This document shows, piece after piece, positions 18,184-27,766 of a DNA stretch of 49,448 nt. Every line of letters begins with the position of its first letter. Positions within the stretch are counted from its first letter, which is position 1. The position numbers and the translations under genes are program-made. Origin of the DNA: Chloroflexota bacterium (GTDB lineage: Bacteria > Chloroflexota > Chloroflexia > QHBQ01); contig JAYUUN010000037.1 of the NCBI GenBank assembly GCA_043754535.1, forward strand, positions 1 to 49,448, in the 5' to 3' direction. The notes under the pieces were generated by a model, which searched no databases, was not told the DNA's origin, and saw nothing but the letters and a program-made list of their open reading frames with translations.

Positions 18184-20109
18184 GTGAACAATGTACAGAA
18201 CAGGGCTACCGAGGACGGCAACAGGAATCGCCAGGAAGTATACCCCGCAGGCAAGCAGGATGTAGAACTCTACGTCCGCACCTACACCACCATGCTGCGC
18301 TCTAGCTCGGACATCAAGATTAAGGCACTGGTGCAGGCTCACGTCAGTAGTGACAGCAGCCTACACGTCAAGGCTGATGCCCCAGAGCCAGATTTGGGCG
18401 CGTTTGGCTACAGCAGCCAACGCCTACCAGTGGAGATGATGCGCGTCACCCGCGTGCTGCTCGGTCAGTCGGAGCAAATCTTTCGCGCCAACGGGTACGA
18501 TGTGTCCAAGTGGCAGTCGGTTAGCGCAGCAGGCCGCCGCCGCCGCTGGTACTACGATGGGCGCAACACCCTGGCTGTCTATATCGCCAGCACCTCCGAC
18601 GTAGACGACATCATCCCCGTCCTGGTTGGCTTCCAGATCGAGTGGAACAAGCTCTATACCCTGCTCAATGCTGACCCCAACACAATTGAGATCATCCGCG
18701 CTGGTTTGGACGAGGACTCGCCGATCTACAGCGAAATAGTCAAGGTGATTACCAGCCGCTTGATGATGAGTGTAGAGGATTGGGAACGGTTGCGGGCGAT
18801 CTGGGGCAAGGACTTCTGGGACAACCTGCTGCTAATGTCTGCCCACGACAAGAGCATCAGCGTACAGATGCTGGGCGGCACTTATATCGGCTACGGCAAG
18901 GCCGCCGACAGATGGTGGCAGCCCATCGGCCATCGCCTCAGCGAACTGGGGCTGCAAGATCGCCCTGTCTACTTCGTCTCCAGCAACACCCACAGCCTGA
19001 CCAATATGCTCGGCGGGGGAGTGCAGCGTAGCCGTGGTGAACTGGACAAGTTCGTGCGGGGCAGCCGCGACCCAGAGGTAATTGAGGAGTACGAGAACAT
19101 CATGGCGGGCGAGAGCAAGAGCAACCTCGACAACTTCCTCTACTTCATCTCCCGCCGTTACTATTCAAAGAACAGGGCCACCCTCCAACATCGTGAGCAG
19201 GAGGAGAGCGAGCGCGGCATCCACTACATCCACACCCGCGACGGCATGGCGGTGGACGCGCAGATCATCGAATTGGCGAAGCTGCGCCCTGGAGACCTCG
19301 ACCCTCGCCTGAAGCTGCCCAACCTGGGCGCACTGAGCCAGAGCAATGCCGTGCTAATCAATATTGACTACCCCCTAGGCCTGGCTGCCTACTACGCGCT
19401 GGTGCAACTGTTGCAGAGCGTCTCCGACCTGCACGGGGTCTACGTCCTGGGCAAGGCCGCCACCCTCAACGGCAGCATTGGTGACGTGATGATCAGCAAC
19501 TCGGTCTACGACGAACACTCGCTGAACACCTACTGGCTCGACAACTGCTTCACCGCCTCTGACATCACCCCCTACCTGGTCTACGGCGCACTGCTCGACA
19601 ACCAGAAGGCGGTCACGGTCAAGGGGCCATACCTGCAAAATCGGGGCTACCTCGACGAGTACTATCGCGAGAGCTACACCGTAGTAGAGATGGAGGCTGG
19701 CCCCTACCTCAACGCCCTCTACGAACATATCTACTCTAATCGTTACCCCATGAGCGAACACATCAACCTCAACCGCCTACCCTTCGACCTCGGTGTACTC
19801 CACTACGCCTCCGATACTCCCTACACACGAGGTAAGAACCTGGGCGCGAACAGTATGGCCTACATGGGTATGGACTCCACCTACGCCTGCTCGGTGGCGA
19901 TCCTCAGCCGCATCTTCAAGCTAGAAGGAGCGGGGAATGCTGCCAACACAGAGCAGAACAGGCAGGAGGCGGTTGCCAGCCTGCTAGCCGAAACCGTTGA
20001 CGCAATGGCGACCACCAGCCGCTTCGACGGCGACAGCAGCGATGGTGAGCGGGCCGACGTGGATAGCAGAGTGCCAGTTCCCGCTGGGGCTGGTGCGAGC
20101 AGCAAGTAG
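18184..20109 (+). CDS. conserved protein, DUF6909-like, with a nucleoside phosphorylase/nucleosidase-like C-terminus
   Basis: Long ORF with host-like codon usage; SD AAGGAG 18172-18177 before GTG 18184; promoter TGGTACAAT at 18116-18124; GKAATLNGSIGDVMI, VVEMEAG, YASDTP motifs. DUF name from recall. Confidence 0.75.
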   Translation: MNNVQNRATEDGNRNRQEVYPAGKQDVELYVRTYTTMLRSSSDIKIKALVQAHVSSDSSLHVKADAPEPDLGAFGYSSQRLPVEMMRVTRVLLGQSEQIFRANGYDVSKWQSVSAAGRRRRWYYDGRNTLAVYIASTSDVDDIIPVLVGFQIEWNKLYTLLNADPNTIEIIRAGLDEDSPIYSEIVKVITSRLMMSVEDWERLRAIWGKDFWDNLLLMSAHDKSISVQMLGGTYIGYGKAADRWWQPIGHRLSELGLQDRPVYFVSSNTHSLTNMLGGGVQRSRGELDKFVRGSRDPEVIEEYENIMAGESKSNLDNFLYFISRRYYSKNRATLQHREQEESERGIHYIHTRDGMAVDAQIIELAKLRPGDLDPRLKLPNLGALSQSNAVLINIDYPLGLAAYYALVQLLQSVSDLHGVYVLGKAATLNGSIGDVMISNSVYDEHSLNTYWLDNCFTASDITPYLVYGALLDNQKAVTVKGPYLQNRGYLDEYYRESYTVVEMEAGPYLNALYEHIYSNRYPMSEHINLNRLPFDLGVLHYASDTPYTRGKNLGANSMAYMGMDSTYACSVAILSRIFKLEGAGNAANTEQNRQEAVASLLAETVDAMATTSRFDGDSSDGERADVDSRVPVPAGAGASSK

Positions 20110-20120
20110 AGGAGTGAGCT

Positions 20121-20969
20121 ATGTTCCAGCACGGTTATGCCGAGGCGAACGGCCTGCGGATGCACTATGTCAGCGAGGGTGAGGGTAAGACGATCCTCTT
20201 TCTGCACGGCTTCCCAGAGTTCTTCTATGCCTGGAAGCACCAGCTAGCCGATCTAAGCCGTGACCATCGCGTAATCGCAGCAGACCTGCCCGGCTACAAC
20301 CTGTCGGACAAGCCGCAGGCAGTGGAAGCCTACCGCATTGAGCAGATCGTGGAGAACGTGCGTGGCCTGCTCGACAGCCTGGCCGCAGGCGAGCAGGTAA
20401 CCCTCGTCGGCCACGATTGGGGTGGCATTATCGCCTGGGCCTTTGCCGCCGCTCACCCAGAGTACCTGGCGAAGCTGGTGATCCTCAACGCCCCACATGG
20501 CGCGATCTTCGCCCGCGAACTGGCCCACAACCCGGCCCAGCAGAAGGCAAGCAGCTACATGGCTGCTTTTCGCCACCCTGCCGCCGAGGCCACACTCAGT
20601 GCCTTCAACCACGCGGCTCTGGCGAAGGTGACGTTCGACTCCGCCAAAGCGGGGGCGTTCAGCGACGAGGACAAGGCCGCCTACCAGATTGCCTGGTCGC
20701 AGCCTGGCGCACTGACCGGCGGCCTCAACTACTATCGCGCCCTCGGCAACGCTTCCCTCAGCCCAGAGCAGGCAGCGGCGATCACCGTCCACGTCCCCAC
20801 TCTGGTGATTTGGGCAGAGGGCGACACTGCCCTGCTGACTGGCAACCTGGACGGTCTGGAGCAGTACGTTCCCGACTTGCAGGTGCGACGCATCCCTGGG
20901 GCAAGCCACTGGGTGATGCACGACGAGCCAGCATTGGTCAACCAGTACATCCGCGAGTTCATCGGCTGA
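20121..20969 (+). CDS. alpha/beta hydrolase, epoxide hydrolase-like
   Basis: HGFPE oxyanion motif, GHDWGG nucleophile Asp, NYYRA, catalytic His in ASHWV; SD GAGGAG. Confidence 0.92.
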   Translation: MFQHGYAEANGLRMHYVSEGEGKTILFLHGFPEFFYAWKHQLADLSRDHRVIAADLPGYNLSDKPQAVEAYRIEQIVENVRGLLDSLAAGEQVTLVGHDWGGIIAWAFAAAHPEYLAKLVILNAPHGAIFARELAHNPAQQKASSYMAAFRHPAAEATLSAFNHAALAKVTFDSAKAGAFSDEDKAAYQIAWSQPGALTGGLNYYRALGNASLSPEQAAAITVHVPTLVIWAEGDTALLTGNLDGLEQYVPDLQVRRIPGASHWVMHDEPALVNQYIREFIG

Positions 20970-21053
20970 CACCAAAGCCGCCATTGCAACCATGAAGTTG
21001 CCTAACCTGAGCCAAGTTGCACCCCAGCCGCCCGCTCTGGTACAATGGGCAGC

Positions 21054-22628
21054 GTGAATGCACCCGCCCGCTACCTGACTGCCGCCCGCCTGCCACTGCT
21101 GGTGGGGCTGATGCTTGCCAGTTTGCTGCTAACTGCCTGCTGGCCGCTGGCCGAGCCACCAGCCACAGCACCCGCTGGCAGTGGTGGTCTGCGCCTGGTC
21201 GGTTGGGCCGCCCGCACTCTTGACCCCGCCCGCGCCGACGACCCCGCCAGCCTGCTGCTGGTGCAAGCAATCTACAGCGGCCTCCTCACCTACGACGCGA
21301 AGCTCAACCCGCTACCCGACCTCGCCAGCAGCCTGCCTAGCATCAGCGACGATGGCCGCACCTACGCCTTTACCTTGCGCGACAACCTTAGTTTCCACAA
21401 CGGGCGGACGATTACCGCCGCGGATGTCAAGTACAGTATAGAACGCAGTTGCAGCCCCGCGACCGCTGCCCCCGCCCCCGCTGCGTCGCTGCCCTGCGCC
21501 CGCCTGCTAGCGAACGTGCGCGGCGTGGCCGACCTGCTTGCGGGCAAGAGCAACCAGGCCGAGGGGATCGTGGTGCTGGATGCCAGTCATTTGAACATCA
21601 GCCTGAACCGTAGTGATGCCACCTTCCTCAGCAAGCTGGCTGCCCCCAGCAACGCGCTGCTCGACCGCAGCCTCGTAGAGGGCAACCCAACCTGGACGCT
21701 CAACCCAGTTGGCAGCGGCCCCTACCTCGTGCTAAAGAGCGACCAACAGGGGGTAGAACTAGGTCGCTTCGCTGCCTACGATGGCCCCACCGTCGCCCTC
21801 GACCACATCACGGTTAGCGACGGGGATGGGCAGGCAGCGTTCGCAGATGGTACTGCCGATCTTGCCCTCGTGCTTGCTGGAGTTGCCAGCCCAAATGTGG
21901 GACAGCTACGCACAGCAGCCAACCTACGCCTCAGTTATCTTGGCTTGAACACACGGCTCAAGCCGTTCGACGACCCCTTGGTGCGCCACGCCCTTACTCT
22001 CGGCCTCGACCAGGACGCACTGGCAGGCGCAGGGCAACCCGCCACCAGCCTGCTACCGCCGATATTGAGGACGACCACCAGCCGCTTCGACCGGGGAGCA
22101 GCCCTCCGCTTGCTGGCTGAAAGTAGCTACAAGGGAGCGGCCAACCTGCCGCCAATTACGATCCACAGCACCGGTAGTCCCCTTGCAGCCAGCGTAGCAG
22201 CGATTTTGAGAGACAGCCTGGGGCTGAAGGTTAGCGTGCAAGCGGTGGAGTACAGCGACTTCATCCGCCAACGTAGCAGCTACCAGGCGTTCGTGGACGA
22301 CTACCAGCCCGCCTACCCTGGTGGCCTTGCGCTGTTTGAGCCACTGCTTGCCACAAAGGGGGAGGCCAACTATACTGGCTACAGCAACGCCGAGGTTGAC
22401 CGCCAGCTAGCTACCCTGGACGAGGAAACGGATGTGGGCAAGCGGGCAGCAGCCTTGCGCCAGCTAGAAGCGACCGCCAACGACCTGCCACTGGTGCCAC
22501 TGGTCTGGCAGGCGCAAACCCTGCTGGTCAGCGAGCGAGTGGAGGGGCTGCCGCTCGGCCCCTATGGGCTGGAACTGCGTCGCTTGCAGCTAAAGAACCC
22601 CTTATCGGCCAACTCTCTCCAGGCATAG
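21054..22628 (+). CDS. ABC transporter substrate-binding lipoprotein, family 5 (OppA/DppA-like)
   Basis: Lipobox LLTAC, LDPA, YSGL, SDDGRTYAFTLR...FHNGRTITAADVKYS, PVGSGPY, PFDDPLVR; GTG 21054 lies 7 nt after TGGTACAAT (ATG 21045 is the alternative). Confidence 0.88.
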   Translation: MNAPARYLTAARLPLLVGLMLASLLLTACWPLAEPPATAPAGSGGLRLVGWAARTLDPARADDPASLLLVQAIYSGLLTYDAKLNPLPDLASSLPSISDDGRTYAFTLRDNLSFHNGRTITAADVKYSIERSCSPATAAPAPAASLPCARLLANVRGVADLLAGKSNQAEGIVVLDASHLNISLNRSDATFLSKLAAPSNALLDRSLVEGNPTWTLNPVGSGPYLVLKSDQQGVELGRFAAYDGPTVALDHITVSDGDGQAAFADGTADLALVLAGVASPNVGQLRTAANLRLSYLGLNTRLKPFDDPLVRHALTLGLDQDALAGAGQPATSLLPPILRTTTSRFDRGAALRLLAESSYKGAANLPPITIHSTGSPLAASVAAILRDSLGLKVSVQAVEYSDFIRQRSSYQAFVDDYQPAYPGGLALFEPLLATKGEANYTGYSNAEVDRQLATLDEETDVGKRAAALRQLEATANDLPLVPLVWQAQTLLVSERVEGLPLGPYGLELRRLQLKNPLSANSLQA

Positions 22629-22668
22629 CCAGACAGGAGAGCAAGTCACTATTTACTAAGCCTATGAT

Positions 22669-22693
22669 AAGCTACAAGCTACAAGCTACAAGC
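22669..22693 (+). repeat. heptamer tandem repeat (AAGCTAC)3-AAGC
   Basis: Units at 22669, 22676, 22683, directly before ATG 22696. Confidence 0.85.
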
Positions 22694-22695
22694 CT

Positions 22696-23586
22696 ATGTG
22701 GAACCGCTTCTTCCCCAACAACCGAACCCCAGAGCAGAGCCAACCGTCGGTTGAGCCGTTGCGCCCAGCCGACGTTGGGCGGGTGCGGCTGGGCTGGAAC
22801 AGCAGCTTCAACAGTGTCTCTCTAGCCCGCCAGATCGAGCGGCAGCCACAGATGGCCTGGTGGGTGCCGCGCACTGGCGACTACATCCTCGGCGAACCCT
22901 GGCGCAAGCGGACGGATATCGGCTGCGTGGTCGAGCTTGGCGCACAGGGAGCGAACCGCGCCGCCCTGCTAGAACGCCTGTTGGCGATCTTCCGCGTCGA
23001 GGACTACCGAGCTGCCGTCCTCAATTACGAGGGCTGGGAGAGCTACCGCAAGTTCTACGAGGCCGAGGGCTGGCAGGCGGTAGAGAAGATCGTCTACTTC
23101 GAGAAACCAACTATGGCCTACAGCTACCAGCCGCCGCCAGCCTTCGCCAGCGAGATCGAGATTGCGCAGCTGCAAGCTGGGGAGATGGCAACTGTCATTG
23201 CCATTGACCACGCCGCCTTCCCCTGGCTGTGGTGGAACAGCCGCGAGGAGATGGACAACTACAGCCTGCTGCCCGACGTGCGAATCTTCCTGGCCCGCTA
23301 CCAGGGCCAGCCGCTCGGCTACTTCAGCTTTACCGCCTTCGACCGTTGGGGCCACCTGGATCGAATCGCGGTTGACCCCAGGGCGCAGGGTATCGGTCTC
23401 GGCGCAGCCCAGCTAGCCCGCTGTATCGAGGAGATGAAGAAACGGCGTATCAGCCGTATTACCCTCAGCACTCAGGCCGCCAACTACCAATCGCAGAAGC
23501 TCTACACCCGCTTCGGCTTCCATCAGACCAATGAGAGCTACTACCTGTGGGGGCGGTCGCTAACGGGGGATGGCATACAGCGTTAG
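22696..23586 (+). CDS. GNAT family N-acetyltransferase (tandem GNAT-like)
   Basis: HLDRIAVDPRAQGIGLG acetyl-CoA motif A; NYQSQKLYTRFGF motif B. Confidence 0.88.
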   Translation: MWNRFFPNNRTPEQSQPSVEPLRPADVGRVRLGWNSSFNSVSLARQIERQPQMAWWVPRTGDYILGEPWRKRTDIGCVVELGAQGANRAALLERLLAIFRVEDYRAAVLNYEGWESYRKFYEAEGWQAVEKIVYFEKPTMAYSYQPPPAFASEIEIAQLQAGEMATVIAIDHAAFPWLWWNSREEMDNYSLLPDVRIFLARYQGQPLGYFSFTAFDRWGHLDRIAVDPRAQGIGLGAAQLARCIEEMKKRRISRITLSTQAANYQSQKLYTRFGFHQTNESYYLWGRSLTGDGIQR

Positions 23587-23599
23587 CTGGCCTGTGAGG

Positions 23600-23626
23600 T
23601 GCAACCTTTGCGCTGCTGGTTCGTTG
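23600..23626 (+). promoter_or_regulatory. candidate ECF sigma promoter
   Basis: TGCAAC (23600-23605), 16 nt, CGTT (23622-23625): AAC-N16-CGT pattern. Confidence 0.5.
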
Positions 23627-23679
23627 TTACTGGTGGAGGTCAAACAGGCTTCCTCTTGAGTACCTGCTAATGGGCAAAG

Positions 23680-25110
23680 GTGGAGCAGATGAGTAAGCAA
23701 GATTGGGGTGGTGAGCGGGCGAAAGCTGACAGTACACAGCGGCCAGGACCACAGTTGGTGTTGAGCGTGGTTGGGCCTATGTTGATAGTGCTGTTCATCG
23801 TTGGTTTGGTCTGGCTACATGATGTACAAAACCTCTTCAGCAACCAACAACGAGTAGGGGAATACAGACCTACAGCAGAAGCTGGAGAGGTAGCACCTAC
23901 AGCGCAACCGACCATCCCAGTCCCGACCATGCCCGCACTGCCAGCCACCACTAGTCGAGACTCGTGGGTTGGCGTTATGCACGATGCCAGCAACCGCAAT
24001 GCCAGCCCTGATGACCTGCACCCACCCCTTCATGAGGCCTGGCGCGATCCTAAACTCTTCTCCTTTGGCGTAGAGCAAAATGAGCTTATAACAGAAGCAG
24101 CCGGTAGGCTACTGGTCAGCACTTTGGAGGACACCCGACTTTACGACGCTAAGACAGGTAAGTTCTTGATGACGGTGCCACTGGCACATCTTATAGCTTA
24201 TGATGACCGCAATCTCACATCGCTCAGCCGAGATGGCAATTTTGTCTACTACATTACCAACGAGCTACAAGATGGGCGCAGCGATAAGCATCGAGACATA
24301 GTAGCTTATAATCTTCATGAAGGCAAGATAGCCTGGCATTACCAGACAGGCTACAACACAGTGTTCGTCCAACACCCCATCGCTAATGAGTTGATAGTAA
24401 GCTATGAGATGGCGAGCGGAACCGGGCCAGTTGTCGCTCTCAATGCGCTTACAGGCGAGGTCATCTGGCGTAGCCGGACGCTATCCAGCATGGCTACGAA
24501 ACCGAAGATAGCAGCTGACAGAGCGAACGTCTACCTATACCTGGATGATGGTAAGTTGGTCGCACTCAATGGCAACAACGGCACAGTGCGCTGGATGAAA
24601 CTGGCTGCTGGTCACAAGTTGATAATAGATGGTCAGCACATCTACCTTACTCAAGGTCACGGTGTACAGGTTTTTAGGGCCGACGACGGTAGCGACGAGC
24701 CAGACTTCAGCTTCAAGGATAGCATCACCTACGATCGATACACAGAAACGGTAATATCTGGTGGCAATCTGCTTGTAGCCACTACTACAAACACAGAGGC
24801 TAGTCGGGGCCGACTGATAAGCATCAGGCAGAAACAGGTACTCTGGACAACGTATATGCAGGAACTGCCACGTCAGATTGTGGCAAGTGATAAGACTTTG
24901 TACCTGATAGCGGAGAGCTACGAGGACGGGTGCTGCATAAGCCACAAATACTTGATCGCCTATGAGCAGCAGACAGGCAAAGAACTCTGGCGATCTGCTG
25001 ACCTGATTCAGCCTGATTACGACGAAAGAGCCAGCCGCCCGATCATCGCCGACGGGATGCTCTACTTGATCCACGGCAACGCGATCCACGCTTACGGCGG
25101 AGCGCAGTAG
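23680..25110 (+). CDS. membrane-anchored PQQ-like (BamB-type) beta-propeller protein
   Basis: N-terminal TM, P/T linker, repeated (A)xDAxTGxxxW motifs (YDAKTGK, ALNALTGEVIW, ALNGNNGTVRW, AYEQQTGKELW), PIIADGMLY; ATG 23689 is an alternative start. Confidence 0.85.
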   Translation: MEQMSKQDWGGERAKADSTQRPGPQLVLSVVGPMLIVLFIVGLVWLHDVQNLFSNQQRVGEYRPTAEAGEVAPTAQPTIPVPTMPALPATTSRDSWVGVMHDASNRNASPDDLHPPLHEAWRDPKLFSFGVEQNELITEAAGRLLVSTLEDTRLYDAKTGKFLMTVPLAHLIAYDDRNLTSLSRDGNFVYYITNELQDGRSDKHRDIVAYNLHEGKIAWHYQTGYNTVFVQHPIANELIVSYEMASGTGPVVALNALTGEVIWRSRTLSSMATKPKIAADRANVYLYLDDGKLVALNGNNGTVRWMKLAAGHKLIIDGQHIYLTQGHGVQVFRADDGSDEPDFSFKDSITYDRYTETVISGGNLLVATTTNTEASRGRLISIRQKQVLWTTYMQELPRQIVASDKTLYLIAESYEDGCCISHKYLIAYEQQTGKELWRSADLIQPDYDERASRPIIADGMLYLIHGNAIHAYGGAQ

Positions 25111-25124
25111 TCCGCCTGCAACAA

Positions 25125-25155
25125 GAGGGGAAAGCCGAGGTGTGGCTCCCCCTTT
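25125..25155. terminator. hairpin between convergent genes
   Basis: AGGGGAAAGCC-gaggtgt-GGCTCCCCT followed by TT. Confidence 0.5.
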
Positions 25156-25157
25156 CA

Positions 25158-26810
25158 TTACGCCTCTAACTTAGTGATGTCGCGCCGCTGGAAGCCGATG
25201 ACCGCGCTGGCTAGCAACACTGCTGCTGCCACCGTCAGGAAGCTGAAGCCCCCGCCATCGAAGCCAGTTCGCGCCGGGTTGCCGTACTGGTGGAAGATAC
25301 TCAACCCCTGCACGAAGGTAGGCCAACTGAGGGCTGGGGCTAGCAGTTGCAGGAAGTAGGAGGCGATCACCAGCACGCCGACAACAGCAACCGCGCCGCT
25401 GGGCCGCCGCAGCCAGGCTGCCAGGGCAAAGCCAGCCGCCGCCACCGTGAGGGTGAGCGGTAGCAGGCTGATTATACCTGCCATCATCTTACCAGCATCC
25501 ACATCAGTGCCACCCGCCGCCGCGCCAACGAGGATCGCTGCCCCCGTCGCTAGCGCGATCAGCGTGCTGGTTAGGGCGATGGCAATAAAGCGAGAGAGGA
25601 TCACCTGCGGGCGAGACTGCGGGGTGGTCAGCGTCACTTCCAGCCGCCCACTCTCCTCCTCCCCAGCCCAGCCAGCCACCTGCATCAGGGCGTAGCCAGA
25701 CAGCAGCAGTGGCAGGAAGTTAAACAGGCTGAGGGCCACCAGGTCGTTGGCCGTAGTCATCTGCCCGGCGAGGCGGCTAAGGGGACTGTTGCTGCCGCCC
25801 ATTGCGTTCTTGATCATCGGCAGGAGTTGGCTGCCCAGCCCTGCCACGTAGCCGCAGTAGAGGGCCAGCGCAAGCGACCAGTACAACGCTCCCAGCCGTA
25901 GATCGCGCAGCGACTTGACGAAGATGTTGTTCAACAGCCGCTCATGCCAGTTGACTGTAGTAAGGCGGGCGGCTGGCTGGCTCTTGCGCCACTGCAAGGC
26001 CGCCCCAGAGTCGCGCCGAGGATAAAAGTAGCGTGCCAGGGCGAAGCTGGCAACCGCGAGGAGCGGTGCGATGCTGAAGGCAAGGGGGTCGAAGCTACTA
26101 CCCGGCACCAGTGGTTTGTTGAGGTTGGTATAACGGAAGGGCGAGAGGTAGGTCAGCCAGCGGGTGCTGTCGAGCGCACCGGCAATGGTGTTGAGCAGGT
26201 AGGTGAGGAGCATCAGGCCGATAGTGATGCCCGCCGCTGCACCCCGCGAACGGACGAACTGAGCAATGAGCAGGGCGAGGCTGCCCCAGAACCAGACCAA
26301 CAGGCCGAGGTTGAGCAGCGTTAGCAGGCTCTCTAGTGGGCTGACCCCACCGTTGGCCGCCAGACTGCTGCCGTAGGTAACCAGCCAGGCTACCAGCAAG
26401 ATGCCGAGCAGCGACAGACTATAGCCCAGCCACTTTTGCAGCAGCACGTTGCTGCGGCTGTGTGGGGTGGTCAGTACCAGGTCAGCGATGCCGCTCTCCT
26501 CCTCACCCCGTGTGCTGCCCGTCGTACTCAAGGCCGCCCAAATCGAGAGTAGCACTGGCACGAAGCCAACTACGCGCCAGGTTAGAAAGCCGCCGGGGGT
26601 GGAGATATCCACCGGCTCGCCCAGCAGGAAGCGGAATGATTGCAGCAGCGGGGCGAGTGCCTGCGCCCCCTTCAGCCGATCAGCGGCGGTCGGGTACTGC
26701 ACTATGTAGGCAACCAGGTTCAGGCCAAGGATCAGCCCCATGCCCACGCCCCAGCCCATTATCGCCTTCCAGTTGTCGCGGATCGTCTTGAGCAAGATGT
26801 TCTGTAGCAT
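25158..26810 (-). CDS. ABC-2 type exporter permease with two tandem halves (TnrB3/NarB-like architecture)
   Basis: About 12 TM segments; internal duplication GEEESGIADLVLTTPHSR / GEEESGRLEVTLTTPQSR. Confidence 0.88.
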   Translation of the reverse strand: MLQNILLKTIRDNWKAIMGWGVGMGLILGLNLVAYIVQYPTAADRLKGAQALAPLLQSFRFLLGEPVDISTPGGFLTWRVVGFVPVLLSIWAALSTTGSTRGEEESGIADLVLTTPHSRSNVLLQKWLGYSLSLLGILLVAWLVTYGSSLAANGGVSPLESLLTLLNLGLLVWFWGSLALLIAQFVRSRGAAAGITIGLMLLTYLLNTIAGALDSTRWLTYLSPFRYTNLNKPLVPGSSFDPLAFSIAPLLAVASFALARYFYPRRDSGAALQWRKSQPAARLTTVNWHERLLNNIFVKSLRDLRLGALYWSLALALYCGYVAGLGSQLLPMIKNAMGGSNSPLSRLAGQMTTANDLVALSLFNFLPLLLSGYALMQVAGWAGEEESGRLEVTLTTPQSRPQVILSRFIAIALTSTLIALATGAAILVGAAAGGTDVDAGKMMAGIISLLPLTLTVAAAGFALAAWLRRPSGAVAVVGVLVIASYFLQLLAPALSWPTFVQGLSIFHQYGNPARTGFDGGGFSFLTVAAAVLLASAVIGFQRRDITKLEA

Positions 26811-26812
26811 GA

Positions 26813-27766
26813 CTACTTCGCCTCCTCACCAGTGCTATGGTAGTATTGGAGGAAGGCTTCTTCCAGGTTCGGCTCGTGGGTGACGAGGTTGACAATTGGG
26901 TAGCGGGCGGCGGTCTTCACCACTGGCGCGACGCTGCCTTGCACCAGCACGGTCAGGTTGTTGCCGTGCGCCTCCGCCGAGGTGACACCAGGGAGATTGG
27001 CGAACTCACTGGCTGGAACTGGCTGGCTAAAGCTGAACTCCAGGCGGTGCGCCTTCTCACTGATGATCTCGTGGATGCTGGCGACCCGTACCATTCTTCC
27101 CTCACGGATGATCGCCACCCGCTGACAGGTGCGTTCTACTTCCTCAAAGATATGGGAGGAGAGGAACACGCTGGCCCCGCCTGCCTGAGCTTCACGCATG
27201 ATCGCGTAGAACTCCTGCTGGTTGAGTGGGTCGAGGCCACTAGTCGGCTCGTCGAGGATCAGCAGGCGTGGGCGGTGCATGACTGCCTGAATGATGCCTA
27301 CTTTCTGCTTGTTCCCCTTCGAGTAGCTGCGGAACTTCTTACGCAAGTCGAGGTCGAGCCGCTGGGCCAGGCTCTCCACGAACTTGACATCCACCCCGCC
27401 GCGCAGGTTGCCCAGGTATTGCAGCGTCTCTGCCCCAGTCAGGTTACCCCAGAGTGCAAGTTCGCCAGGGAGGTAGCCGATCAGCCGCTTGATCTCTACA
27501 CTGTCACGCTGGCAGTCAAGGCCGAAGATGCTGGCCTGTCCCTTCGACGGGCGGATCAGGTCGGTGATCAAGCGGATCGTGGTCGTCTTGCCCGCCCCGT
27601 TCGGGCCGAGGAAGCCGAATACTTCGCCTTCCGCTACGGTGAGGTCGAGGTCGATCACCCCGCGTGCATTGCCGTAGAACTTGCTCAACCCTTCGATTTT
27701 GATCGCCAGCCCCTTGTTGGTCTGCGGTTCATGCTTGCTTACCACTTCGTCTTGCACTTGCATCAT
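26813..27766 (-). CDS. ABC exporter ATP-binding subunit
   Basis: GPNGAGKTT, YSKGNKQK signature, LILDEPTSGLDP, LSSH. Confidence 0.96.
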   Translation of the reverse strand: MMQVQDEVVSKHEPQTNKGLAIKIEGLSKFYGNARGVIDLDLTVAEGEVFGFLGPNGAGKTTTIRLITDLIRPSKGQASIFGLDCQRDSVEIKRLIGYLPGELALWGNLTGAETLQYLGNLRGGVDVKFVESLAQRLDLDLRKKFRSYSKGNKQKVGIIQAVMHRPRLLILDEPTSGLDPLNQQEFYAIMREAQAGGASVFLSSHIFEEVERTCQRVAIIREGRMVRVASIHEIISEKAHRLEFSFSQPVPASEFANLPGVTSAEAHGNNLTVLVQGSVAPVVKTAARYPIVNLVTHEPNLEEAFLQYYHSTGEEAK

